This document shows positions 1 through 8,635 of a DNA stretch of 20,000 nucleotides, in pieces. The notes below the pieces were generated by a model that was not told the DNA's origin, did not search any database, and saw only the letters and a list, made by a program, of their open reading frames with translations. Both the position numbers and the translations under genes were made by a program. Origin of the DNA: an uncultured virus (IMG/VR IMGVR_UViG_3300035698_026266) (Duplodnaviria; Heunggongvirae; Uroviricota; Caudoviricetes); IMG/VR virus record IMGVR_UViG_3300035698_026266; one strand, 5' to 3'. Position 1 is the stretch's first letter. Each line of letters begins with the position of its first letter.

Positions 1-9
1 AATACAAAA

Positions 10-246
10 ATGGCATGGAACAAAAAAATAATATGCACTGGTTTGGGCAATGGACATCGTGGTTGTGGTAAAACAATTGATTTGCATTTTGAAGATTTGT
101 TTAAGACACAAGCGTCTGTTGTAATAAATAGTAGAAAAGAAATAAAAGAATATGTTACTTTTGAATGCCCTAGTTGCGAAGAAAGAACAGATATAAAAAT
201 TGATTGGACGCTAACTAGAAAAATACAAACTGTAAGGAAAAAGTAA
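10..246 (+). CDS. small putative zinc-ribbon protein
   Basis: 78-aa ORF with CTG...GC and CPSC cysteine pairs; stop overlaps the next ATG (TAATG). Confidence 0.6.
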   Translation: MAWNKKIICTGLGNGHRGCGKTIDLHFEDLFKTQASVVINSRKEIKEYVTFECPSCEERTDIKIDWTLTRKIQTVRKK

Positions 247-932
247 TGATTGGTTTTTATAAAAAACTAATTAAAAACATTTGCAACCAATGGTATATTT
301 TGTTTTGTGTTTCAACAATTGCATTTTTATGTGTTTCAATTGGAATAAGAAACAACATTTTAATAATAATTTCTTTTCTTTCAATTATTGGTGCAATCAT
401 AGGCGTCATTGTTAAAAGCTATGTGCCATTTAGAAAAAACAATAGAATCCTTCTCAAAACTTTAGAAGACATAAATGATTCTTTTTTCATTCTTAAAAGA
501 ACAAAGAAAGAATTAACTGTAGCGTTTGATCTTGCAGAGAATCTATGTAGTCTTTTGTGGCTTAAAGAGGAACAAATCAACACTTTCAGCGAAAAACAAA
601 AAGAAATTTTCAACGAAATTGTTGCAACTATAATAAAAAAGTTCAATAAAATTATATCTTTTTACGACAACAAATATAAAAATAAAATAATTGAAAAAAA
701 TATTGAAGAAAACGTAGAGTTAATGTTAAATGATATACAAATAACAGTGACTAAATTAAACGACATTGTGTCAAAATCCATTGAAGAACAATTTACCAAC
801 ACAAAAGATTCTTTGAACTTGACTCAAATGTTGGCAAGCAATTTAGACGTGGCTCGTAAAATAGAAATTCGTGAAAAAGAGTTTTTTTCGAATCTTATTG
901 AAGATGAATTTAATCCCCAAGGAGAATTTTAG
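246..932 (+). CDS. membrane protein with two N-terminal TM helices and a helical/coiled-coil C-terminus
   Basis: Two hydrophobic stretches (WYILFCVSTIAFLCVSIGI; ILIIISFLSIIGAIIGVIV) followed by a charged helical region; abuts the PspA-like gene. Confidence 0.7.
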   Translation: MIGFYKKLIKNICNQWYILFCVSTIAFLCVSIGIRNNILIIISFLSIIGAIIGVIVKSYVPFRKNNRILLKTLEDINDSFFILKRTKKELTVAFDLAENLCSLLWLKEEQINTFSEKQKEIFNEIVATIIKKFNKIISFYDNKYKNKIIEKNIEENVELMLNDIQITVTKLNDIVSKSIEEQFTNTKDSLNLTQMLASNLDVARKIEIREKEFFSNLIEDEFNPQGEF

Positions 933-1760
933 ATGTTTAAAGCAATTGTGAGATATATCAAAGCGGTCGGCTACATGGTTACTGGAAGAATGAACAAAGC
1001 TCGTGAAACACTAGATAGGAATCCATCAGTAATAGCTGCCAAATACGATAGTATTATCACTAAGGAGTCCAATCGAATTGAACAAGGCAAATCTGCTGTG
1101 TCAAAAATATTAGCTAATCATGAAAAAAAGAAAACAAGTCATGCAGCTTTGCTAAAAGAAATTGAAAAATTTGTGTTGGCAAAAAAAGGCGCACAGATAA
1201 AAGCACAAAAATTGGCAAGTAGCTTTGCATCTCTTGAAGAAGCACAAAAAAATCAAGAATTCCAACATGTTCAATCGCAATTCAAAGACATTTCTTCTAC
1301 ATTAGAAGAAAAAGAAAAGAGAGCAATTGAATTAGAAAAAGATATAATTGAATACGATGAAAGACTTATTCAGCATAAATCTCAAATAGAAGAAAGTCTT
1401 AGAACGCTTAGAAAAATAAAAGAAGAAAAGAATGAAACAATTGCAGATGTCACTCTTTCACAACAAGAAAAAGAAGCAAATGATTTGTTAAGCGGATTGA
1501 ATACAAATTCACATGCAGAAGAACTAAGCAGCATGCGAGACATGCGAGACAATGTGAAGGCAGAGGCGAAATTAAGTAGAGAAGTTTCTGGTATAGATGA
1601 CAAAGCAGCAGAAGATGAATTGATCGCTTTGGCTGAAAGTGAAGAATCTAACAATGAATTTACACAGGGGCTTGTGTTTGCTGGAACACAGGATGATTTA
1701 GAAATGAAAGAAGATGTGAATCCTGCATCTGCACAAAAAACAATGTTGCCAGAAAACTAA
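933..1760 (+). CDS. PspA/IM30(Vipp1)-like coiled-coil protein (ESCRT-III superfamily)
   Basis: N-terminal amphipathic helix (MFKAIVRYIKAVGY), Pro after helix 0 (LDRNP), long heptad coiled coil, acidic C-terminal helix (AAEDELIAL); RBS GGAG upstream. Confidence 0.6.
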   Translation: MFKAIVRYIKAVGYMVTGRMNKARETLDRNPSVIAAKYDSIITKESNRIEQGKSAVSKILANHEKKKTSHAALLKEIEKFVLAKKGAQIKAQKLASSFASLEEAQKNQEFQHVQSQFKDISSTLEEKEKRAIELEKDIIEYDERLIQHKSQIEESLRTLRKIKEEKNETIADVTLSQQEKEANDLLSGLNTNSHAEELSSMRDMRDNVKAEAKLSREVSGIDDKAAEDELIALAESEESNNEFTQGLVFAGTQDDLEMKEDVNPASAQKTMLPEN

Positions 1761-1766
1761 ATTTAA

Positions 1767-1812
1767 AGCACAAATGAGACTTGAAGAACGTTTTTCAAGT
1801 CTCATTTGTGCT
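1767..1812. terminator. long near-perfect palindrome, probable intrinsic terminator
   Basis: AGCACAAATGAGACTTGAA (1767-1785) / TTCAAGTCTCATTTGTGCT (1794-1812) form perfect 19-bp arms just after the 933..1760 stop; followed by GTTTT. Confidence 0.7.
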
Positions 1813-1871
1813 GTTTTAACATAATGTATGTCTATGAAGCGAAATTCCTTTTCCTGACACATATATATGGC

Positions 1872-2423
1872 ATGGACTGGCTTGAAGAATTAGAAGTTGA
1901 TTTAAGGAATGCAAAATCCCCAACGTTATCGGCTCAAAGCTTAGATGGTGGGATTGTTGTTAAAAAGAATAAAAAAGAATGGAAATTATGGCTATCAATT
2001 GTTTTAATTATTCTTTTGGCTACATCTGTGTCTGTTTGGAGACATTGGTCCCAAAACAAAGACGTTTTTCAAGAAACTTCTTATAAAATTTTTCAGGAAG
2101 ATGATGATGTAAATTTAGTTATCCAATCTGTGTCGACCACTCCAGAGGCTAACGATAATAAATCTTCTGTTACACCTACGGCAACTGTGCCACTGGTTCC
2201 ATTGGATCAACTTGCTAGAGACAGACTGACATTGGTAGCAATTGTGCAAAATCACAATACGCAACTTTTAAAAAGTGGTGCTAATACGGATGATTTAATT
2301 CTTATTAACGAAGATTGGACTATCAATAAAGTCCCTAATAGAGTGGTTTTATCAAAAAACATACTTGGCTTTTTAAAGCAATTTATCGTTGAAGAAAACA
2401 ACACCATGTCTAGAGATTACTAA
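1872..2423 (+). CDS. hypothetical single-pass membrane protein
   Basis: The track start (TTG 1806) lies inside the hairpin; ATG 1872 (MDWLEELE) is more likely. One TM helix (LWLSIVLIILLATSVSVW). Confidence 0.65.
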   Translation: MDWLEELEVDLRNAKSPTLSAQSLDGGIVVKKNKKEWKLWLSIVLIILLATSVSVWRHWSQNKDVFQETSYKIFQEDDDVNLVIQSVSTTPEANDNKSSVTPTATVPLVPLDQLARDRLTLVAIVQNHNTQLLKSGANTDDLILINEDWTINKVPNRVVLSKNILGFLKQFIVEENNTMSRDY

Positions 2424-2425
2424 AT

Positions 2426-3178
2426 TCACTTGTGTTCAGGTATTGCTCTTGTGTAACTTTTCCAGTCGTCAGGCATTTCGATTTCATCATATAAAATTTC
2501 GCAATATTTTTCCAAAGACTCTTTGAAGTATGGTAAAGATAATGCTGCAATAGCGTCAGGTTTTCTTAGTCTAGAATTTATTTCCATTTGAATACTTGAA
2601 ATTCCAATGTAATAGTTTTTATTAAAATATTGATTTAAATTGTTTTTGTGCTTCCCTGCAAACCTAGTTTTTTCATTGGCTATTTTTGCTGACATATTGC
2701 CAAATTTATTTAAGCTATACAATAAAGCCAATTTAGAATCCTCTGTGCAGCTTAAAGAATTCCGACTTTTGCTCCCACATCCTAAAATCACGTCGGTGTT
2801 TTTAGATATTGAATTTTTTGATACTCCGTGAATGATAATTATAGTTGCAAGGGAAAGGATTTTTCTTTCGATATTTGCAATACATTTTGTAATTAAATCT
2901 AAAAATTCTTCTTTTACAACCGGCTTTACACAATGTGATATCTTGTTACAATCTGCTAAGCTTTCAGTGCAATTTACTGTGTCTGATCTTTGCCAGCCAT
3001 TATTAATGACTGCACAACAACCTAATTGTTTTGCTAATTGTTTTGCGAAAAAAGATGTATTGTAATCGTCGTAACCATGCGGAGCCACTAAAACAAGTGG
3101 TCTTTTGTAGTTCTCAACAACAATAGTTCTTTCATCTACATCATGCATGAAATCGTCTTTTGTGTAAATAGTCGTCAT
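2426..3178 (-). CDS. putative Zn-dependent amidohydrolase/peptidase (N-formylglutamate amidohydrolase / poly-gamma-glutamate hydrolase-like fold)
   Basis: Motifs VAPHG, IIHG and SIQMEI...LR; RBS AAGGA on the minus strand; only credible minus-strand gene. Confidence 0.5.
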   Translation of the reverse strand: MTTIYTKDDFMHDVDERTIVVENYKRPLVLVAPHGYDDYNTSFFAKQLAKQLGCCAVINNGWQRSDTVNCTESLADCNKISHCVKPVVKEEFLDLITKCIANIERKILSLATIIIIHGVSKNSISKNTDVILGCGSKSRNSLSCTEDSKLALLYSLNKFGNMSAKIANEKTRFAGKHKNNLNQYFNKNYYIGISSIQMEINSRLRKPDAIAALSLPYFKESLEKYCEILYDEIEMPDDWKSYTRAIPEHK

Positions 3179-3252
3179 TAGTTTAATCCTTTTTCGTAAA
3201 CAGTTTACCGCATTATAACTTTTTATTATGTATTATCCATTTTGAAATGTAT

Positions 3253-3268
3253 TGTACCTTACTTCAAG
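3253..3268 (+). promoter_or_regulatory. putative phage promoter TGTACCTTA-N6-G
   Basis: TGTACCTTA cttcaa G, upstream of ATG 3305. Confidence 0.75.
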
Positions 3269-3304
3269 TAAAATGTCTAATGGATTTAAAGCAGGGATGT
3301 AAAA

Positions 3305-4348
3305 ATGAAAAAAATAGTTTATCAAGCTGTCATTTGTGGAATAGAAGTTAAAGGTCTTTTGGTTTTGAAAAGCAATTATGACGGCTATGATCCACATGCC
3401 AATGAAAGATTTCTTAAAGGAACTCTAATTGCTTACGTTCATAAAGATCGTTTAAGTGAAGAACAAATTGATAAAATACTAAACGGCCAAAACAAAAGTT
3501 TAACTGTGCAGTGGCCGTTGAAAGAACGTAATGAAAACCCTGTTGAAAATAAAAAAGATGTTCAAAAAGGGCAAAACGACAACTTTGAACCTAGCGAGTA
3601 TCAAAAAACAATATATAATATTGTAGAAAAACAAGAAAATCATATTTTGATTAAAGCTTTAGCAGGTTCTGGTAAAACCTCTACGCTTATATGGCTTGTG
3701 CAACAGATGCATGCTAAAGGGATGACTAAAGGTAAAAAAATAGTCTATCTTGCTTTTAATAAATCCATTCAAAAAGAATTAAGTGAGAAATTAATAGGTA
3801 CTGGTGTGCCTGCGCTCACAACGCATTCTTTTGGGTTTAAAGCAATAAAAAAACATTATAATTCAGATATAAAACCTACTAATGGCAGGGTAGCAAGCGA
3901 TACGTTTTTAAAACTTGTGTGTGAATTAAAAGGGTTAAAACAAAACATAAAGGGATTGAGAGCGGCAAAAGAAACAGAAGAATATAGACTGCGATCTGCT
4001 GTTTTAGAATTAGTAGGTTATATTAAGAATTGGGCTATTCTTCCTAGTTTTGACGACTATTGGGTTTTTGACGACAAACAAAAATCGATAATAGAAGGAT
4101 TTATTTCTGATTACGAAATAGAGATAGATGAAGGTTTTACTTCTGTTGACTTGGTGGATTTTGCCTGTGATGTGGTGGCAAGAAATTTGCCATTATCAGA
4201 TTCCAATATTGTGGAAATAGACTACGACGACATGCTGTATTTGCCGTTGGCAATGAAATTGCCTTTGCCAAAATATGATCTCGTACTTACTGATGAAAGT
4301 CAAGATTTTAACGCTTGCCAAATATCCATATTACAAAAAATCATTTAA
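3305..4348 (+). CDS. UvrD/Rep SF1A helicase, N-terminal half (motifs Q, I, Ia, Ib, II)
   Basis: SEYQ, ALAGSGKT (Walker A), LAFNK, TTHSFG, DESQD (Walker B); stops 13 aa after DESQD. Confidence 0.85.
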   Translation: MKKIVYQAVICGIEVKGLLVLKSNYDGYDPHANERFLKGTLIAYVHKDRLSEEQIDKILNGQNKSLTVQWPLKERNENPVENKKDVQKGQNDNFEPSEYQKTIYNIVEKQENHILIKALAGSGKTSTLIWLVQQMHAKGMTKGKKIVYLAFNKSIQKELSEKLIGTGVPALTTHSFGFKAIKKHYNSDIKPTNGRVASDTFLKLVCELKGLKQNIKGLRAAKETEEYRLRSAVLELVGYIKNWAILPSFDDYWVFDDKQKSIIEGFISDYEIEIDEGFTSVDLVDFACDVVARNLPLSDSNIVEIDYDDMLYLPLAMKLPLPKYDLVLTDESQDFNACQISILQKII

Positions 4349-4355
4349 AAAAGAC

Positions 4356-4371
4356 TGTACCTTAGAAATCG
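4356..4371 (+). promoter_or_regulatory. putative phage promoter inside the helicase split
   Basis: TGTACCTTA gaaatc G in the 65-nt gap between the helicase halves; RBS AGGA ahead of ATG 4414. Confidence 0.75.
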
Positions 4372-4413
4372 AACATTGTGTTAGAAAATTTCACAAAGAT
4401 ATAGGATGAAAAA

Positions 4414-5427
4414 ATGAGCGGCAGAATAATAGTAGTTGGCGATCCACGTCAGGCTTTATACCGTTTTCGTGGTGCTGACGCAAAAGCTTTTGAACGTATA
4501 GAAGAAATGTTTTCTAAAGATAAAAGAGGTATCGTAACTTGTGAATTACCAATAAATTATCGTTGTTCTAAAAAGATAATTAACCATTCAAAACTTTGGG
4601 TAAAAGAGTTGCAGGGTTTCAAAAAAGAAGAAGGAATAGTTGATGAAATTTATTACAATGAATCTTTACAAAGAGCAAATAATGACAATGTTGATATTGG
4701 TCTAAAAGATGGCTGTTTAGGAGAAAGTCGAGTATTAGAAAACGCTACGTTTGCTTTTTTGTGCAGAATAAACGTGTCTTTAGTTATAACAGCATACAGA
4801 TTAATGGGACTAAAAAAGAAAGTTTGCATTATAGGGCAAAGCCAATTTGGAACCCCATTAGTTAATTTAATTGAAAAGTTATGTTATCCTAAAAATAAAG
4901 TTCTTCATACAAACAGGATTAGCGATAGAATAGATGCGTCTGGAAGCATTGTTGAAGAAGGGCTTTTAACAAGATTAAGGTCTGATTTTAGGATTCAAAG
5001 CGAAAAACTAAAATCAGATGGTTTTGAAAGGAAATTGGAGTCTTTGCAGCAAAACGTTGAATGTATAGAAGTCATTGCGTTAAACGCAAAAGATGATAAA
5101 GTAACTACAGTTTTAGAAGACATTGAGGAATTGTTTACAGAAGAACCTGAACCCGGCGTCATAACTTTAAGCACGATTCACAAATCTAAAGGATTGGAAT
5201 GGGATGTCGTTTTTATTCTTAGGCCAGATTTAATGCCACATCCCAAAGCAAAAAGTTGTGAGGAACTAGAACAAGAAAAAAATGCTCAATATGTAGCAGC
5301 GACTAGAGCTAAAAACAGATTGTATTATGTTAAGAATTGGCCGGGTGAAAACTTTTCGTATTCTAGACCTGTTAGCGAGTACGAAAAACCCGAAACAATC
5401 AGCAAAGAGAGCGACATTAAAGATTAG
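4414..5427 (+). CDS. UvrD/Rep SF1A helicase, C-terminal half (motifs III-VI)
   Basis: VGDPRQALYRFRGA (III), NYRC, FLCRIN, STIHKSKGLEW (V), YVAATRAK (VI). Confidence 0.85.
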   Translation: MSGRIIVVGDPRQALYRFRGADAKAFERIEEMFSKDKRGIVTCELPINYRCSKKIINHSKLWVKELQGFKKEEGIVDEIYYNESLQRANNDNVDIGLKDGCLGESRVLENATFAFLCRINVSLVITAYRLMGLKKKVCIIGQSQFGTPLVNLIEKLCYPKNKVLHTNRISDRIDASGSIVEEGLLTRLRSDFRIQSEKLKSDGFERKLESLQQNVECIEVIALNAKDDKVTTVLEDIEELFTEEPEPGVITLSTIHKSKGLEWDVVFILRPDLMPHPKAKSCEELEQEKNAQYVAATRAKNRLYYVKNWPGENFSYSRPVSEYEKPETISKESDIKD

Positions 5428-5458
5428 AATTTATTGTACTAAAAAATATTTGGTTTTG

Positions 5459-5494
5459 CATGAAAAAGCGCTTGTCAACAAGCGTTTTTTCATG
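5459..5494. terminator. near-perfect palindrome, probable terminator
   Basis: CATGAAAAAGCGCTTGT-CA-ACAAGCGTTTTTTCATG (one G-T pair) between the helicase and sigma genes. Confidence 0.6.
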
Positions 5495-5520
5495 TAATTA
5501 GAGTGTGTTCTAAAATCTGT

Positions 5521-5536
5521 TGTACCTTATTGGATG
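5521..5536 (+). promoter_or_regulatory. putative phage promoter of the sigma gene
   Basis: AAAATCTGT TGTACCTTA ttggat G; RBS AAGGA before ATG 5567. Confidence 0.75.
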
Positions 5537-5566
5537 TAAGCAACTCATTTTTGAAAGGAATTTAAT

Positions 5567-6547
5567 ATGTACGTTAAGCATGTTGGTTTGACAAAAGAAC
5601 GAAATCGTGAACTTGCAGCATTGATGCTTGATGCCAATGGTGTTCTATTGGACAAGATCGCAAATTCAAAAGCAAAAATCAATCGTAGTCAATTCAGAAT
5701 TGAATTGTTTAAAATTTTGGATGCCAAAGGAATTAATTCAAAAAATGGCGAAAAAGTCTCTTTGCATGGAGTTTCTTTTTCCGCAAAACAAACCGTTGTT
5801 ATTTCTGCTGTAAGGGAAGTAGAGTTTGATATTATTTCTAATTTTTCAAGATTGCTTGAAAAGCATTCACGAAGATTTGCACAAATGCATCATAAAATGA
5901 ATGGTGTTTTGGAGGTAGAAGATTTCTATGCTGAATCTTATGCCACTGCTGTTGATTGTGTTTATGGGTACAACAATTCAAATGTTAAATTTATTACTTA
6001 TCTTACAATTAGCATTGTCAGAAAGTGTTTGTTGGTCATTAATGAAAACAGACCTTTCTCTCATTATACCAACAATGAATTGAACTTGTCTAGAAAATAT
6101 TACTTGGCAGTAGAAGAAGAAAAACAAAAACAAGGTCGCAATGTGTCTTTTGATGAAGTTGTAAAAATGATGGATTTGTCAAAAGACGAAATAAGTGCAG
6201 TTGAAAAGATGCTTATTAAAATTTCTTCTGGTTCTGGAAACAAGAATGAAAACGAAGAAACATCAGACTATAGTTCTTTAAGAAAAATATCAAAAGAAGA
6301 TTTGAATTTTTCACGTTTTGAAGTAGACGAAAAAGAGGCTATAGAACGTGCTTGGAACAAGATGTCAGAATGGGAACAGGCAGTTTTGGAAGCGTATTTG
6401 GACGCCCCTTTCAAAAATAATGGTTGGAAGACGGAAGTAGCTTCTAAACACATTAATCCTTCAACTGGCAAGATTTACAGTAAAGCAGCACCTTCTTTAG
6501 CGATGGATCGTATTAAAAACAAAATCAAAAAAGAAATGGTTGCTTGA
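5567..6547 (+). CDS. divergent sigma70-family RNA polymerase sigma factor
   Basis: Region 2-like NFSRLL...LEVEDFYAE...KFITYLTISI; region 3-like KQGRNVSFDEVVKMMDLSKDEI; region 4-like AWNKMSEWEQAVL...KTEVA...RIKNKIKK. Confidence 0.75.
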   Translation: MYVKHVGLTKERNRELAALMLDANGVLLDKIANSKAKINRSQFRIELFKILDAKGINSKNGEKVSLHGVSFSAKQTVVISAVREVEFDIISNFSRLLEKHSRRFAQMHHKMNGVLEVEDFYAESYATAVDCVYGYNNSNVKFITYLTISIVRKCLLVINENRPFSHYTNNELNLSRKYYLAVEEEKQKQGRNVSFDEVVKMMDLSKDEISAVEKMLIKISSGSGNKNENEETSDYSSLRKISKEDLNFSRFEVDEKEAIERAWNKMSEWEQAVLEAYLDAPFKNNGWKTEVASKHINPSTGKIYSKAAPSLAMDRIKNKIKKEMVA

Positions 6548-6558
6548 ATAAAATCTTC

Positions 6559-6574
6559 TGTACCTTAGTGACTG
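6559..6574 (+). promoter_or_regulatory. putative phage promoter
   Basis: AAAATCTTC TGTACCTTA gtgact G; RBS GGAG before ATG 6602. Confidence 0.75.
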
Positions 6575-6601
6575 AATCAACTATAGACATGGAGAATTTT
6601 T

Positions 6602-7795
6602 ATGAACCAGTTTTGGGATCAAGCGAAAATTGTATTTCCTGAATTAACAGATGAAGATAGACGTTGGGCCGTCAATCGCAATAATCCCGATTGTCCGTTT
6701 GCTAATTTTATCGGAAACGATAAAGCAATTAAAAGATTGGCACGTTCGGCGTATTCTGCTTTGGGAGACAAGTTTCATTTATGTGATCAGTCATTTGCTC
6801 TATTGGGTCCAACTTCAACTGGCAAAACCACACTTGCTCGTCTTTTTGCGCAAGTGCTTGGTTTGCCTTTTGTGGAATTATCTCCTAGAGCTATTCATGA
6901 TACTAATGATATTGTTGTTAAAATTTCTGATGTACTAAAGAAAACAGTCATTAATTCTCCAACGTATGGACCAGTTTCGTTAGAATTGGTTCCAGTGCGA
7001 AGGCAAGAAGGGGAAGGTGAAGGCGATAGTTATGGCAACAATTACTTTCGTGCGCCGCCTATGGTGGTTTTTATTGATGAAGTTCATGCATTGAGAAGTA
7101 ACGTGGAGCAGGGGTTATTAAAAGCAACAGAACGCAATGATGCCTTACTTGAAACGGAATCAGGTTGGGTTTTAAATTGCAAAAACGTTTGTTGGATTAT
7201 AGCAACCACTGATCGTGGTGACTTGTTTGATGCTTTTGATACTAGATTTACTAAAATATTCCTGAAACTTTATTCTAAAAAAGAAATATCTCAAATCATA
7301 AAACTATGTAATCCTGATTGGAGTACAGACCTTTGCAAACTAGTTGCCAAGTTTGCAGGGATCGTTCCTCGTGAAGCAAAAGAATACGCAAAAGAAATGA
7401 GATTAGAAAAGGAACTTTGTCCTAACAAGAGTTGGGAAGATATAGCTAAACAAGTTGCAGAAGACAATGAAATAGATTCTCTTGGAATGTCATACCAACG
7501 TGTCAAGATATTGACGGCATTGGGACAAGGGTGTATTTCAAAGCAGCGTCTAGATGTTGTGGCAAGCTGTAAAATAGAAGAACTGGAAAAGTTCGTTATG
7601 CCGCCTTTGCTAACGTCTACAAGGGATCAGGATGCTCTTGTAACCGTTACTAGTCGTGGCTATAGTATAACTATATCTGGCATCGAAGAATTGGATAAAA
7701 GAGACATCCCACACATTGGCGACAAAGCTATGCCGAAGGAGTTACGAAATACAGCTACAATTAAAAAATTAAATAACAAATTAAGGAACAATTAA
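6602..7795 (+). CDS. ruvB: RuvB-like AAA+ ATPase (Holliday-junction branch migration helicase-like)
   Basis: FIGN, LLGPTSTGKTTLA (Walker A), FIDEVHAL (Walker B), IATT (sensor I), DTRF (Arg finger), GIVPREA (sensor II), C-terminal IDSLG...TSRG winged-helix pattern of RuvB. Confidence 0.7.
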   Translation: MNQFWDQAKIVFPELTDEDRRWAVNRNNPDCPFANFIGNDKAIKRLARSAYSALGDKFHLCDQSFALLGPTSTGKTTLARLFAQVLGLPFVELSPRAIHDTNDIVVKISDVLKKTVINSPTYGPVSLELVPVRRQEGEGEGDSYGNNYFRAPPMVVFIDEVHALRSNVEQGLLKATERNDALLETESGWVLNCKNVCWIIATTDRGDLFDAFDTRFTKIFLKLYSKKEISQIIKLCNPDWSTDLCKLVAKFAGIVPREAKEYAKEMRLEKELCPNKSWEDIAKQVAEDNEIDSLGMSYQRVKILTALGQGCISKQRLDVVASCKIEELEKFVMPPLLTSTRDQDALVTVTSRGYSITISGIEELDKRDIPHIGDKAMPKELRNTATIKKLNNKLRNN

Positions 7796-8616
7796 TGAAA
7801 CTACCAGAGGGAACTTTAGATGAAATAAATTTAAAATTACTGTGTCAATCAATAGACTTATTGAAAGAAAAATTACTAGATGTTTTTACAAATAACGAAC
7901 AGCCTCCTTGGAGATTGCCGCATGGACAACTAACGGCATTTGGCAAACATCGTTTGGCAGGTAATCAATTGTTATTAGGCTTACATTCAGATAAAAAAGA
8001 TTGGAAATCTTTTGTTTGGGATACGAAAAAAAATTGGGAATGTTTAGATTTTAAAATAAAACCGAATGCTTTTTTTGTCCCTCAATTATCGTATGAACAA
8101 TTTACAACAGACGACGTTTGCAATTTGTCACAAGTAAGTCCTACGACAAAACATAGTGAAAACATTGTTGAAACATTGAAAATAAAAATAGAAAATAAAT
8201 CTAGTTGGGAAGATTATGAAAAGCATATAGAAAAAGAATGGAATTGCATAAAAACCAGATATGGCGATTCTCCAAAATATTTATATGAAACAGATATTAT
8301 CGAAATGCCTTTGAAAAACAGTTTTATAGGAAAAGAAGAATATTACGAGTCTTTGGGGCATGAGGTCGCACATTGGTTATCTAATAAAAAAGAATTTGGC
8401 GGAAGTTATGCTAGGAATGAATTTGTAGCTGAAATAACTTCTTGTTTGTTTCTAAAAACAAATAATATGCCAGTATCTATATTGCCTTTTCATGAATATC
8501 AAGTTGATTCGTGGATAACAGAAATAGATTCAGATTGGTTGAAAGAAGCAATTAGAGAAATAGAGTTTTTAATAAGGATTATGAAAAGCGCCACGGCTTT
8601 AGAAAAACAAATATAA
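7795..8616 (+). CDS. ArdC-like protein (ssDNA-binding N-domain plus zincin-like domain)
   Basis: PPWR...GNQLLL...WDTKKNW N-terminal pattern; YYESLGHEVAHW (HExxH) and YARNEFVAEI, as in ArdC. Confidence 0.7.
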   Translation: MKLPEGTLDEINLKLLCQSIDLLKEKLLDVFTNNEQPPWRLPHGQLTAFGKHRLAGNQLLLGLHSDKKDWKSFVWDTKKNWECLDFKIKPNAFFVPQLSYEQFTTDDVCNLSQVSPTTKHSENIVETLKIKIENKSSWEDYEKHIEKEWNCIKTRYGDSPKYLYETDIIEMPLKNSFIGKEEYYESLGHEVAHWLSNKKEFGGSYARNEFVAEITSCLFLKTNNMPVSILPFHEYQVDSWITEIDSDWLKEAIREIEFLIRIMKSATALEKQI

Positions 8617-8635
8617 TATTTTTAGGATAAATCAA

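Noticed and set aside
930..935. TAG directly followed by an in-frame ATG, suggesting TAG recoding (code 15)
   Set aside because: A GGAG RBS precedes ATG 933, long genes have no internal TAG, and paralogous repeat proteins both end at TAG right after the conserved VKVVK.
4343..4413. T4 gene 60-like ribosomal bypass or self-splicing intron joining the helicase halves
   Set aside because: The only in-frame matching ATT codon (4375) is followed by a TAG at 4402, there is no strong take-off hairpin, 65 nt is too short for a group I/II intron, and the gap has its own promoter motif and RBS.
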